Assembly (NCBI RefSeq): GCF_004010195.1
Contig: NC_057720.1
Coordinates: forward strand, 6,179,016 to 6,243,015
Source: Chiloscyllium plagiosum
Lineage: Eukaryota
Direction of reading: 5' to 3'
DNA length: 64,000 nt
The notes under the pieces are model-generated. The model saw only the letters and a program-made list of their open reading frames with translations. It was not told where the DNA came from and ran no database searches. Below, in pieces: positions 49,698 to 63,089 of the stretch. A program made the translations under genes and the position numbers. Numbering within the stretch: the first letter of the stretch is position 1; the number at the start of each line of letters is the position of its first letter.

Positions 49698-51227
49698 GTA
49701 TTTTTGTGCCATCAGCAAATTTAACCAACATGCCTTTGATATCTTTATCCAAATTATTTACTTGAATTGAAAATTTGAGAAAGGCTTTCACCCTCCTTAT
49801 CCATTCTGGCCCATAAGACTCCACCTTGCTCATAATGCAGTTGACCTTTAATTGCTTCTGAAGTGAACCAGGAATCTATTGGCTCCTGGGGATGAGAAAT
49901 AAAGCCATGTTCAGTTGCCAAGAGTAGTTGTAGTGCAAAGACTCTTTGGGCAATTGATAAGATTAGCTCCCTTTCTATTTGTGTAGAAACTGTTCAATTC
50001 ATTGCCTGGATACTTGGAGCATGACTTTCAAACAGATACATGCAGTACAACTGAACCATTGCATCAACCCCAGGTGCTCCGAGCAAGTGGCTCATCGAGA
50101 GTCGATGTTTTATTTCCAGTCACGTCTCGCCTGTGTGAAGCAAGTTACATCAAGTTATGAAAAATTCCCTTCCCCCCCCCCCCCAGTGCTTTGAAATCAG
50201 CATTTCCTTCATTCTGAACGGGAGAATCTTTCAAAGGATCAATCATCATGTCGACCCCAGCAGTTGATATAGAAGACATTTTATAATATTAGAAATATAA
50301 ATCAAACCAAGTTAATGAATTAGTATCAAAGGGTGCAACATGCAGGTAATTCCAGCGTTTGAAAGATTCCACTTAAAATATTGGTTCAGTTTGTTGACAA
50401 TAAAATAGACTGACAGTCCCCGAGGCTCATAAAACTCTTCGGTCTATTAATCCTTGAGTAAATGCCTGTTTCCAATGTTGATGGATAAGCCCAGTGTTCG
50501 AATTATACATCCTTTTGGTTTTCCATAAAGTTTAGACTCCAGACTTATTTTCAATCTTGGCGGGAATGAGAAAAAAATGCCTGACATTCACGAAAGTGTT
50601 GCTGGTCTCTAACACAAGTGATATGTTGCTAACAATTTCCCATCCCTCTCCTCCACCACTATTTCCCCCAACAACACTCCCACTCCTCCAAAGTTGTCAA
50701 TCATTGCACCTCTTTGTCAAACTTTAAACTATATAGTTCTTCAAGACTGTACTTAGGTAAACTGAAGCATTTGAGAGCTGAGAGATTCAGCTTGATGGAA
50801 AGATAAGAGGGTGCAAATTAGTTTAGGATTATGATAGAGAGTGGCACCAACTGTGTGCGTTCAATTCCTATCCTGACTGAGGTTACCATGAAGGACTCTC
50901 CTTCTCAAGCTCTTCCCGCTCTCTCCTGAGGCACAGTGACGCTCAGCAGAAACCAACACCAGTTGTGTTTCTCTGGTAAGGGAGTTGGCCCAGGGGAATT
51001 TTACCTTTTACTTTTGCGTGGAGCCACTGTTTCAAGGTAGGAAAATACTATGGCCAATTTGTGCACAGCAAGGTCCCACAAGCAGCAACACAATAATGGC
51101 CCGATTACCCATAACTAAAGGATGAATATTGAGCAGGACACCGGGGAGAGCTCCCTTAATATTTTCCAAAGCATCTTTTACCCATGTCATGGGATCTATC
51201 AAGCTCACCCGTGAAGGGCTAGCTGTT

Positions 51228-52035
51228 CATATGTGGATAAATGTGAGATTATTCCCTAAGGAAGCATAAACAAGGCGGCAGGTTACCACTTCAATGGCTG
51301 TAAATTGAGAGAGGGGAGTGTGCAGCGGGCCCTGGGTGTCCTTGTGCACCAGTCGCTGAAGGTAAGCATGCAGGGACAGTAGGAGGTAAAGAAGGCAAAT
51401 GGGATGTTGGCCTTCATTGTGAGAGGCTTCGAGTACAGGAGCAGGGGTGTGTTGTTGCAGGTATACAGGACCTTGGTGAGGCCACACTGAGAATATTGTG
51501 TGCGGATTTGGTCTCCTTTTCTGAGGAAGGATGCTGTTGCTCTCGAGGGAGTGCAGTGAAAGTTTCCCAGGCTGTTCCCGGGTATGGTGGGACTGATGTA
51601 AAAGGAGAGATTGACTAGGTTAGGATTATGTTCACTGTGGTTCAGACAAGTGAGGTTGGGGAATCTCATAGAGCCTTATAAAATTCTAACAGGATTAGAC
51701 AGGGTAGATGCAGGGAGGATGTTTCCGATGGTGGGTGTATCCAGAACCAGGGGCCACAATCTGGGAATTCGGGACAGACCATTTAGGACGGAGATGAGGA
51801 GACATTTCTTCACCCAGACAGCGGTGAGCCTGTGGAATTCACTACCACAGGAAGGAGTTGATGATAAAGCATTGAATGTATTCAAGAGGTGGCGAGATAT
51901 AGCACTTGGGGCAAATGGGATCAAAGGTTATGGGAAGAAAACAGGATTAGGCTACTCTACTGAGTTGGATGATCAGCCATGATCATGATGAATAGCAGAG
52001 CAGGCTCGAAGGGTCGAATGGCCTCTTCCTGCTCC
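51228..52035 (+). mobile_element. CR1-clade 3' fragment
   Basis: YKILTGLDRVDAGRMFP..FFTQ..WNSLP. Confidence 0.88.
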
Positions 52036-52429
52036 TATCTTCTATGTTTCTAAATTTCTAAATCTGATCTTTGTCTGATTGTTATTGCTTTGTTCTCTGA
52101 ACACATTGTTGATGGTTGGTTTCCCCAAAGCTTGTTTTGTCTCCTAGTCTAGCTCCATGTCAATCTCCATCATTTTGAGGTGCAAGGCTGATCTAAGGCA
52201 GTTTAAGATCCACATCATCCATCCACAATACCTGACTTTCAGTGTTTCTAAAACTAGCGTCTTTCACCTCAGAGATTGGCAAATTTCTGTGTGTATTCAG
52301 TCTAGTCCTGTTAGACTTTTATAGACTTCTATGAGATTTCCCTCGTTGTTCTTCTAAACTCCAATGAACACAGTCTTATATGATCTTCACACACCAATCC
52401 TGGCATCACACCAATCAGTCCGGCAAATG

Positions 52430-52965
52430 TTAGGAATTAGCGAGTTTTTGCAACAAACAAAACTAATGTAATTTACAAAATATTTTGCAAGAACTGTAAC
52501 AAACACTACATTGGACCAACAGGCAGAAAACTAGCCACCAGGATACATGAACATCAACTAGCCACAAAAAGACATGACACTTTCTCACTAGTATCCTTAC
52601 ATATCGATAAGGAAGGACACCACTTTGACTGGGACAACACATCTATCCTAGCACAAGCCAAATGGAGACATGCACAAGAATTCCAAGAAGCATGGCATTC
52701 CAACCAGAACACTATCAACAAAACATATTAACTTGGATCCCATTTACCACGCCCTGAGAAAAAAGAATAGGAAATTACACCACCATAGGAAATGATGTCA
52801 CCACAGGTAATGACATCACCAACCCAAGGAAACCCAAACATATAAATAGAAAGCGGGCTGCACCACCAGTGCTTCATTTGCAGGCTCACTGAAGATGTTA
52901 CCTAGTATGGCGACGAGACCTCTGAAAGTGAACCTTCCAGCTCAGCGAGCAAACCTATGTCCAAT
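52430..52965 (+). mobile_element. Penelope-like element (Poseidon-like): GIY-YIG and terminal repeat (family D)
   Basis: KTNVIYKIFCKNCNKHYIGPTGRKLATRIHEH..EAWHS; HHR-like TCA-CTGAAGA-T-GTTACC..GGCGAC-GAGA-CC-TC-TGA (52886-52925). Confidence 0.88.
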
Positions 52966-53444
52966 GTTAGGAATGCTGAGAAAGCTGATCAAAAGTTTGG
53001 TCCAACAGGGAGATTTGAAAAGTGTCTTCCATGCTGTACATCTCTATGATTCTATGACAGAGAGAGTGAGAGATTTTCTTACACGGCTAATTGATATCTG
53101 TGCATTTTCACATTAGCTCTACCCCTGGACTGATCATCTATGGAGCCAGAGGATTGACTGTGATTCAAAGATAGAACAAAGTATAATACAACACAAGAAC
53201 AGGCCCTTTGGCCCTGTGCCAACACATGGCACCATTTTAAACTGAAAGCCTTTTTTATCTACATGGTCCATGTCCCTCTATCCCCTGCTTATTCATATAT
53301 CTGTGAAGACTCCTCTTAAATGTTGCTTTTGAATCCATTCCACCACCTCCTCTGACAGGGCATTACACGCACTTAACATCCTCTGTGTAAAAAACTAGCC
53401 TCACATTTCCTTTAAACTTATCCCCTTTTACCTTAAACCTATGA

Positions 53445-54170
53445 ACCTCCAGGTTGAAAGTTTGTTCGTTAAGCTGGTAGGTTTGTTCTTGGACGTTTCA
53501 TCACAATGCTAGGTAACATCAACAGTGATCCTCCAGTGAAACACTGGTGTTCTGCCCTGCTTTCTATTTCTGTGTCTTGGTCTCTTAAGGTGGGTGATAT
53601 CATTTCCAGTTCTTTTTCCTCAGACGTTGGTAAGTGGGGTCCAAATCAGTGTGTTTATTGATGGAGTTCCAGTTTGAATGCCAGGCCGCTAGGAATTCCT
53701 GTGCATGTCTGTTTAGCCTGTCCTAGGATGGATGTGTTGTCCCAGTTGAAGTGGTGTCCTTCTTCGTCTGTATATAAGGATACTTGTGATAGCTGGGTCA
53801 TGTCTTTTTGTGCCTAGTTGGTGTTTGTGCATCCTGGTGGCTAGTTTTCTGCCTGTCTGTCTGATGTAGTGTTTGTTACAGTCCTTGCATGGTATTTTGT
53901 AAATGACATTCGTTTTGCTGGTTGTTGGTATAGGGTCCTGTAAGTTCATCAGTAGCTGTTTCAGTGTGTTGATGGGTTTGTGGGCTACCATGATGCCAAG
54001 GGGTTGGAATAGTCTGGTAGTCATCTCCGAGATGTCTTTGATCTATGGTAATGTGGCTCGGGTTTCTGAGTGTGTTGTGTCTACTTGTTTGGGATTTGTT
54101 GTTTAAGAATCAGCGGACTGTGTTTATCTTCTTCTTCCTGAATATGCCGTACGGGTATTCTTCTGCTGTG
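53445..54170 (-). mobile_element. Penelope-like element (family D), inverted copy
   Basis: AHKPINTL..KTNVIYKIPCKDCNKHYIRQTGRKL; HHR-like motif at 53489-53529. Confidence 0.88.
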
Positions 54171-55478
54171 ATGTCCCCTGATAATTGACATTTCTAATCT
54201 GGGAAAAGGACTCTGACTATCCACTCTATTCATGCCTTTCATAATTTTGTCAACTTCTATCAGGTGGTCCCTCATCCTCTGATCCTCCATATTAGGCTAC
54301 ATCCTGGTAAACCATTTACATAGAACATAGAACATAGAAGAATACAGCGCAGTACAGGCCCTTTGGCCCTCGATGTTGCGCCGATCCAAGCCCACCTAAC
54401 CTATACTAACCCACTATCCTCCATATACCTATCCAATGCCCGCTTAAATGCCCATAAAGAGGGAGAGTCCACCACTGCTACTGGCAGGGCATTCCATGAA
54501 CTTACGACTCGCTGAGTGAAGAACCTACCCCTAACTTCAGTCCTATATCTACCCCCCCTTAATTTAAAGCTATGCCCCCTTGTAATACCCGACTCCATAC
54601 GCGGGAAAAGGTTTCTGCACCCTCTTCAAAGCAACTACATCCTGCTGGTAATATGGTGACCAGAACTGTACGCAATATTCCAAATGTGGCCTAACTCGAG
54701 TTTAATGCAGTTTTTATCCCAATCTCTGGACAGCAGAGACATAAATCCCCTGGAAGAGAATACCCACACCTGGATGCCTGATTGTGACCAATTTTCTGGA
54801 CTGGTATGGAAAGTTGCCTTTCTTTTACTGTGTAAGACCCCCGGCTGACATTGACTTCACTGAAGACAAATACCCTAAGACTTTAATACAGAGCTGCCCG
54901 CTTGTAACATATGCCATGCATTTGTAGCTGGCATGTGGTGTGGGTAGGAAATTGATGTAGAAACTGCTTCATAGCAAGAGAGAGCATTGAGTACAGGGGT
55001 TGGGAGGTCATGTTGCGGCTGTACAGGACATTGGTTAGGCCACTGCTGGAATATTGCATGCAATTCTGGTCTTCTTCCTATCGGAAAGATGTTGTGAAAC
55101 TTGAAAGGGTTCAGAAAAGATTCACAAGGGTGTTGTTAGGGTTGGAGGATTTGAACCATAGGGAGAGGTTGAATAGGCTGGGGCTGTTTTCCCTGGAGCA
55201 TTGGAGGCTAAGGGGCAACCTTATAGAGGTTTATAAAATCATAAGGGGCATGGATAAGATAAATACGTAAAGTCTTTTCCCAGGGGTGGGGAGTCCAGAA
55301 CTACATAGCATACGTTTAAGGATGTGAGGGGAAAGATATAAAAGAGACTTAAGTGGCAACGTTTTCATGCAGAGGGTGGTGTGTGTATGGAATGAGCTGC
55401 CAGAGGATGTGGTGGAGGCTAGTACAATTGCAACATTTAAGAGGCATTTGGATAGGTATATGAATAGGAAGGACTGGG
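54170..55478. mobile_element. CR1-clade fragments (54170-54710 - with nested 54320-54615 -; 54983-55478 +)
   Basis: FFTQRVVSSWNALP; LEYCMQFWS..WNELP. Confidence 0.85.
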
Positions 55479-55734
55479 AGAGGTGCCCATGGTTGGTAAA
55501 TCATATGCCAATGTCCGTGGACGGAGGGCAGTTTGTGATGAAATGTCCTGAGATGCTGTGTGGTGCTGAGCAGCTTGGAGGTACCTGAGTCCCAATGGGG
55601 AGCTGAATATGTCAGGTAACCTCTCCAACAACCATATCAAGAATTCTCAACATCTGGTTTGCTCGATAGACTAGATATGATGGGAAGCTGTGTACGGATG
55701 AACTGAGCAGAACTTGTAATGAAAATCCAAAAGA

Positions 55735-55965
55735 TCTGTGGATACTGGAAATCTGAAAGGAAGACAGAAATTGCTAGACAAGCTCAGCAGGTCTGGCAAC
55801 ATCAGTGGAGAAAAATCAGAGTTAATGTTTCGGGTTCAGTGACCCTTCTTCAGAGCTTCTTCAGGTTTCTGAGGAAGGGTCACCAGACCCAAAATGTCAA
55901 TGCTGATTTATTTCCACAGATGCTGCCAGACCTGATGAGCTTTTCCACTGATTCCTGTTTTAGTT
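55735..55965. mobile_element. Palindromic family B element with HHR-like motifs on both arms
   Basis: rc CTGAAGA-A-GGGTCACTGAACCC-GAAA-CA-TT; + strand CTGAGGA-A-GGGTCACCAGACCC-AAAA. Confidence 0.8.
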
Positions 55966-57024
55966 TGTGCATTTAATGATGTATTTAACAAGGAGCAATT
56001 GTCCCCTAATTGGCAACCCGCCACTTCATCGTAAGAAACTTACCTCTGTTGGTGGCAGATGAAGAAGAAATGGCAGGAAATGCTCTGGACATTGAAGTGC
56101 CTGTCACTAGGTTTCTGCCACAAATCTCACCATGACACTGTGTTGTTCAGGTCCCTGTAAGATTTGGCCTGCAATCTTAAATTTAATGCACACTGATGAT
56201 TTGTATAGACTTAAATTTTTGCATTGAGTTTGTCACTGATTATACCCTATTTTGCATAAGTTCTGTCCCCTCATACATAATCAAACATATGCTAATTTCA
56301 ACATCATTGCCCACATAATCAGGTCAAGGCAAGCAGCTGTCCAGCACTCATTTCGGGAGAGATCTCTTTGGTGGTTTCAGGGTCTTTAATAAACATTAGA
56401 TTGTCTGTGAGCTGCAGCACGGCCACTAATTCATTCATAGGAACAGATGCAAGTGATTTCTCTCTTTTTGAAGTTGAAGAACTCTCCTTTGATAACTAGG
56501 CAAGATTATCAGATGTGTAGCCAAGTCAGCCAGATGTAGCAGATTCTTGGCTGAGTGAGAGGATCTCGGCCAAAGTCATGGTCAGAAAGCACATGTATTT
56601 ATGTTATGCTGTTCAATACCTCTGTTTATTCACTCACAGGACATGGTGTCGCTGGCTGGGTCCACCATTTATTGCCTGTCCCCAGTTGCCCCTTGAGAAG
56701 GTGGGGGTGAGCTGCCTTCTTGAACCGCTGCAGTCCACGTGCTGTAGGTGGACCCATAATGCCCTGAGGAAGGGGATTTCATGATTTTGACACAGCAACA
56801 CTGAAGAAACGACGATATATTTCCAAGTAATAGGAAATTGCTACATTTCTCCATCCCAGATAGGAGGCCCAGGGCCCTGCTCCTAACCCCCCTTGCCCAT
56901 TCCTGGATGATTTGCAGCCAATGTTGACCCTGTTTAGGAGACACCGATTAAACCTCAGCTAAAGTATAGCGTATGGTTATGGACACCACTTGGTCATAAA
57001 ATTGTGACTGCTTTGGTGAGAGTA

Positions 57025-57356
57025 GTATCCCTACAGTGTGGAATTGGTCCAACAAGTCCACATCCACCCTCCGAAGAGTAACCCACCCAGACCCATTCTC
57101 CATCATACTATTCTATATTTACCCCTGACTAATGCACCTAACCTACAGATCCCTGAACACTATGGGGAAATTTAGTACAGGCAATTCACCTAACCTGCAC
57201 ATTTTTGGACTGTGGGAGGAAACCGGAGCACCTGAAGGAAACCCATGCCGATTCGGGCAGAATGTGCAAACGCCACACAGACAGTTGCCCGAGGCTAGAA
57301 TCAAACCTGGGTTCCTGGTGCTGTGAGGCAACAGTGCTAACCACTGAGCCACTGTG
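57025..57356 (-). mobile_element. HE1-type SINE
   Basis: Reverse complement of head, V-domain and tail. Confidence 0.87.
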
Positions 57357-59769
57357 AGTAAAGAAGCGATTCATCAGAATGGTTGCAGGAATGAGAAGCT
57401 TGAGATATGAGAACAGCTGCAGGGGGTGAAGTTGTACTTGTTTTCATTGGAAAGGAAACGGCTGAGGGGAGATGTGATACAAGTTTTCAAAATCATGAGA
57501 CACCTGAGTAGATAGCGAAAAGCTATTCTCTCTCAGTGGTGGACCAAGAACCAGAGTGGACAAGTGCAAAGTGTTTGGCCAAATAGTGAAATTCAGGATG
57601 AGAACACTTTTATCTCATATTGAGTAGTGAGCATCTGGAATATATTGCTTGGAAATGCGGTGGAGGCAGGTTTGATGGAAGCATTAAGGGGGCATTAGAT
57701 GTGGGTGAATTAGCTGAGTTGGCTTGGCAGCTGGATTGTAAGGTAAAGTGATGCTGACAATGTAGTTTCAATTCCCTCACCAGTTGAGGTTCCCATGAAG
57801 AACAGTCCTCCCTTGCCTGTGGTGGATGACCTTCAGGTTATACAATTACCAGTCGTCTGGGACTACAGCAGCTTCATTAAAACAGGTACAGTGTTACAGG
57901 GAAAAGACAGATCAATGACACTAAGTTAAAATGTTCAGACAGCTAGTGTTGACACGATGAGCTGAATGGCTTCCTGCAATCATTCTGATTCAGTCCAAGA
58001 TTTGTCTAGGTATCTCTTGTTATTGATCACACGGTATATTCCAGTTCTGCAAATTCCCCAGTCACTGGCTCGGTGAAACTGCTGTTCAGCAATGATGGTG
58101 TATTCCCCTTGGTACAAACTTACAAGTTTTTCATTCTTGGGCTCAGTACCTTTTGTCTCATTCCTTATAGGAAGGAAATCTGTCATCCTGAACTGACCTC
58201 TCTGTCTCTTTTTAAAATTTGTTCATAATGAAGTGGGCTTTTCTGGCTGGCCTTGTATCTATTGCCCACCCCTTATTGTCCTTTGACAGAATGGCTTCCT
58301 AGACCATTTCAGCAGGTAGCTAAAAGCAATCACATTGCTGTGGGTCTGGAGTCACATGTAGGCCAGACCAGGGAAGAACAGCAGATTTCCTTCCCAAAAG
58401 CATATGTGCGATCCAGATGGGCTTTTATAAAGTTACATGCCATTAACTTCCAGATTTTATTCAATTCAAACTTCACTGATGACCTTGGTGGGGATTTGAA
58501 TCTACCTCCTCAGGACATGAGGGACACTGAATTACAGGTCTAGTGATATGACCACACCTTTCCCAACATATACTTTGAGTCTCACAATTATGTCGTTAAT
58601 TCTTAATGGTCTTCTACAATTGACAAGCCACTCAATTCATGGACAATTTGGCATTGACAACAAGGGCCCCGAGAAAGAATATATTGAAAAAACAAATTCA
58701 GTTTCTCTCAGGTAGTGAGAGCAAAAATACCCAAGATTTCTGTTGTAAGTGCTGTGTAGAAGTGCTCATATGCAGATGGTAAGCTGGAGTTCAGTTCGAC
58801 AAAATGCCCTTCATGGTCGAACTGCCTGCCAACGCTCACTATTAACTTTCACCTGTGAGATAACTGGGTAGAGAAAGGAGCAGAGCTTGTGGAAATTGAA
58901 GCTGATGAATAGCAAGTGAGCACAGGGAAGGAACAAAGAAGGTTGGTGAGGTTGAATAGTTAAAGTATGTTTTTAATAAAGGCCATGCATATGTCTTTCA
59001 TATTGTAACAGTAAAGATCCATTCATTCTGGTACCAAAGAAACAAAGATGGCCTCTATAGGTCGAAAACATGGCTGGAAAATGGCCAGCAGCCAAATAGC
59101 AATGGGAAATGTCAAACTTGATTTTTGTATTTTTACGTATAGCTTACAGTCTCTTAATAATTAGTTTTTTCCGTCAACCTCAATAAAATTATAGTAATAC
59201 ATTTATCAACAGGGAACGTAAAGTCAGTGCTATATTGACACAGCTTATCCCTCCAGGTTGGTTTCAATTGATAATAAAATGCAAGAATCTGGTTTAGTAA
59301 AGCATTCGAGTGTTTATTGTTCCCTTCGTTTCTTGCCAAAATAAACATAACTCAAATACATGAATCCATAAGGTACTGTTTATGGGTGACATTACAAAGA
59401 TAGCCACAATATAGCGATATTGTGAACAGCATGTGTAACAATTATGTGGCTTTAATGATTAATTAACTGCTATCATGAAAGCAGTGAACCATTATGGAAT
59501 CGTCAAAATAACATCTGTCAAAATCCGAACAGTTATCTTTTTATTTCATTCCCTTGAGCTGCCGATGATATCCAATTTCTTTCCACTTGGAGTGACTGTA
59601 TCAATGCACCATGGTATAGGGCTGTAGCCATGAAGCCAAGTGAGTGAGACCAGGAGAGAGGGTGGACTGGCAACACCTCTTGTATCCTTCCCTGCCATCA
59701 CCAGCACACTGTGGCTGCAGCATGTCCCACGGACAGATGGAGAGCTCAGGGACTTGTCCTTTCACCTTG

Positions 59770-60800
59770 GACTTGGCAGGTTGTAGATTCAAAGTCCCCA
59801 GCAGGGAGCTGGGGACAAATTCCAAGCTGAAGCTCCCAGCGTAACATTGGGGGATTGCTGCAATACTGGATGTGCTGTCTTTTGGATGAGACCTTAATCC
59901 ATGGTCTTGCCTGATTTTCCAACAAAGTTCCCATGACATTATTCTGAAGAAGAGTATAGCAATTTTACCAGTTATTTGTCCAATAGTCATTGCCCCTTTT
60001 TAAAATTAATTATTCACAGGATGAGAGTGTCGTTGGCCAAGCCAGAATTTATTACCCATACCTAATTGCCCAGAGAGGTGTTAAGAGTCAACACATTGAT
60101 TTAGATTTAGATTTAGATTAGTTTACAGTGTGGAAACAGGCCCTTCGGCCCAACAAGTCCACACCAACCCGCCGAAGCGAAACCCACCCATACCCTTACA
60201 TTTACCCCTTACCTAACACTACAGGCAATTTAGTATGGCCAATTCACCTGACCCTGCACATCTTTGGACTGTGGGAGGAAACCGGAGCACCCGGAGGAAA
60301 CCCACGCAGACACGGGGAGAACGTGCAAACTCCACACAGTCAGTCGCCTGAGGCGGGAATTGAACCCGGGTCTCGGGCGCTGTGAGGCAGCAGTGCTAAC
60401 CACTGTGCCACCGTGCCACATTGCTATGGGTCTGGAGTCATGTGTAGGCCAGACCAGGTAGGGATGGCAGTTTCATTCTCTAAAGGACATTAGTGAACCA
60501 GCTGGGATTTTCCAACAATCTGCCATGGTGGGATCCAACCCCAGGTTCCCAGATCATTACCTGGGTCTCTGGATTAACGGTCCAGTGATAATGCCACTAG
60601 GTCATTGCCTCCCATGTTGTTAAAGCAGAAGCTCTGAACCTTATCAACTTGATGTTGTCGGTGTTTGCTGTACACAAATTGACTTCCATATTTTCTTACA
60701 TTACCACAGCTACACTTCTTTGAAGAAATAAATTATTGGCTGCAAACTCTTCGGGAAGTACGAAGATCGTTGCTTTACGAAAATGAATTTTTTTCTTTTT
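59770..60800. mobile_element. Three nested SINEs: DeuSINE (+) > second-family SINE (60003-60613, -) > HE1 (60099-60416, -)
   Basis: Deu domain split between 59770-59990 and 60615-60800; HE1 flanked by a CACATTG duplication. Confidence 0.78.
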
Positions 60801-61440
60801 TCTTTAGATGTACAACATTGGGTCCCCAGATTATTGCCAAAAATGACTTTTACACAGCAACTCTTAGAAAGAATGATCAATAAAAAATCCACATTCATGA
60901 CACTCAGGACCCTCTCAGCTGATGTACAGAGAGAGAGAGAGAGAGACAAAAAAAATCACGTCTCTGTTAGCAACACCGAGAATAAAATCAAACATTAGGG
61001 AAGTTTTCTCCTGTGGACTGCCCTGTCATACCACCAGGTGTGAGGCATTTTTAACACAGTGTATTTTGATTGAGGGATATGGAGATTGTGAGCTCACCTG
61101 ATACACCGTAACAAAGTGCAGGAGTCTGGGCTGTGCTCTCGAGTAGGTCCAAGCCTGGCTCTGGAGTTGCTGTAAAGATCTATAAAACTCATGTTTAACT
61201 GTGTTCTACCTTCAATGAAATTTGTGGCTGAGACAATAACACAAGAACTAGGAGCAGGAGTAGGCCATTCAGCCCATCAAACCTGATCCGCCATTCAGTA
61301 TGATCATAGCTGATCTCATTTTGACCTCACGTCCATGCTACATACAATGATTCGCGACCCTTTGAGAGAAGGAATTCCTCCTCATCTGTTTTAAATCCGC
61401 CACCCCTTGCTCTAAAACTATAATCTCTCATTCTAGGTTG

Positions 61441-61670
61441 TATTATGGACCAGACCAGACCCCCCTCAATATATTCTCAAGAAGGTAACCTGGACCCTAA
61501 CTTTTTGCTATTTTAAAGGTGGATGTGAAATGACATGTTCCAGTTGTGATGTGACTGATGAAACTATTTGAAAAAAAAGCAAAACACAATTTATTTAAAC
61601 GTTATAGTTAAAATACAAACAAAAGAAAGAGGAATTTAGAATAACATAACCACTGGAAAACTTAGAAGAA
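61441..61670 (-). mobile_element. LTR 3' fragment related to 49025-49697
   Basis: rc ..GAGGGGGGTCTGGTCTGGTCCATAATA. Confidence 0.55.
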
Positions 61671-61840
61671 GGTGAGGACTGCAGATGCTGGAGATCAGAG
61701 TCAAAAAATGTGGTGCTGGAAAAGCACAGCTGGTCAGGCAGCATCTGAGGAGCAGAAGAGTCAATGCTTCGAGCATAAGCCCTTCATCAGGAATGTTTCA
61801 GCTCAGCTCTGATCTCCAGTATCTGCAGTCCTCACTTTCG
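61670..61840. mobile_element. Partly palindromic family A element
   Basis: GTGAGGACTGCAGATGCTGGAGATCAGAG and CTCTGATCTCCAGTATCTGCAGTCCTCAC; decayed HHR on the minus strand. Confidence 0.78.
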
Positions 61841-62249
61841 CCAATCGTCTAACCAAAAGTAACAAGTCAATAAGGTCATAGCCTTAAATCCATGTGCTCA
61901 CCTACCTCACCCATGAACACTCATAATAACCTTTGTCACTAAGAAGCCATCAAAATATACCTATAAAATGTTCAATGACTCCACCTCTACCACTCTTAGG
62001 AAGACAGTTCCAAAGACTTGCCACCCTCTGAGAGAAAGAAATTCCCATTTCCATGTTAAATGGGCGTTCTTTTTAAATCCTTGAACTGTGTCCCCTAGTT
62101 CCAGTTTCTAAAGGTTTGCAAAGCTGCTGAAGTCAAGAGGATGTCACTTGTTCAAGTAAAAGTCAAAGCATCTTTTGCTTCACCAGACATCAGACTGGTT
62201 TTTCCACACGCCAGCAAAACCATTGGATTATCATAGAAACCCACACTTT

Positions 62250-62465
62250 GAGGATACTGGAAATCTGAAGTAAAAAGGTGTTGGAGAAACCTGCAGGTCT
62301 CGCAGCATCTGTGGAGAGAGAAGATTCAGACCGAATTGAAATGTTAAACACTAAACATTAACACTGTCTCTCTCTCCACAGGTGTTACAGTGTTAATGTT
62401 TCCAGTTTAACATATAGAGTCCAGTGTGACCTGCTGAGTTTCTCCAATATTCGCTGTTTTTATTT
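62250..62465. mobile_element. Decayed palindromic family B element
   Basis: CATCTGTGGAGAGAG and CTCTCTCCACAG..GACCTGCTGAGTTTCTCC. Confidence 0.65.
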
Positions 62466-63089
62466 TGACGAAAATGTGTACCTCATCAAAGACCTGAAAT
62501 GTCACAAAGTTGGGCTAAAACAACAAGCAGCCTTACTTCAAAACTGTGTTTGATTTTGTGCAAAATATATCTCTCTCTTTGTAAATCTTTATATTTCAAT
62601 AATTTTCTAAGAAATGAAACTGAGGGCGGGGGAGGGCAAAGAACATGGAGTCACAGTGTCGGTTCCGTAGATATTATTAAACGCAACATCAGAGATTTAG
62701 CTAATTTAAATGATGTATAGTTTACTGAAAGCTCCAAGACACTGACACAGCCTGGCATTGATTGATGCTTTCTAGATTTATATTCTCTTGAAATATGGAG
62801 AAACTAACTGCACTTGAAGTTATATTGCTTTATACGCTTAATGAGAGAAACTCTTGTCTTTAGTTTACCAAGCAACCATTTTGAAAAAAATCAGTAATTT
62901 GAGGGACGCTGATTATTGCATTATCTTGAAGGTCCTGGAAAGTGTGACGAAGTTAAGAAATATTAGAAAGGTGGACAAGTAATCTCAAGGCTAGCTAGCA
63001 CCCATGGGTTTAAAAAAATGATGTTGGGCCAATAATTAATAGGCACGTAGACTATTTGCGGTCCCTTGAGGTAGGTCTACCATTTATAC

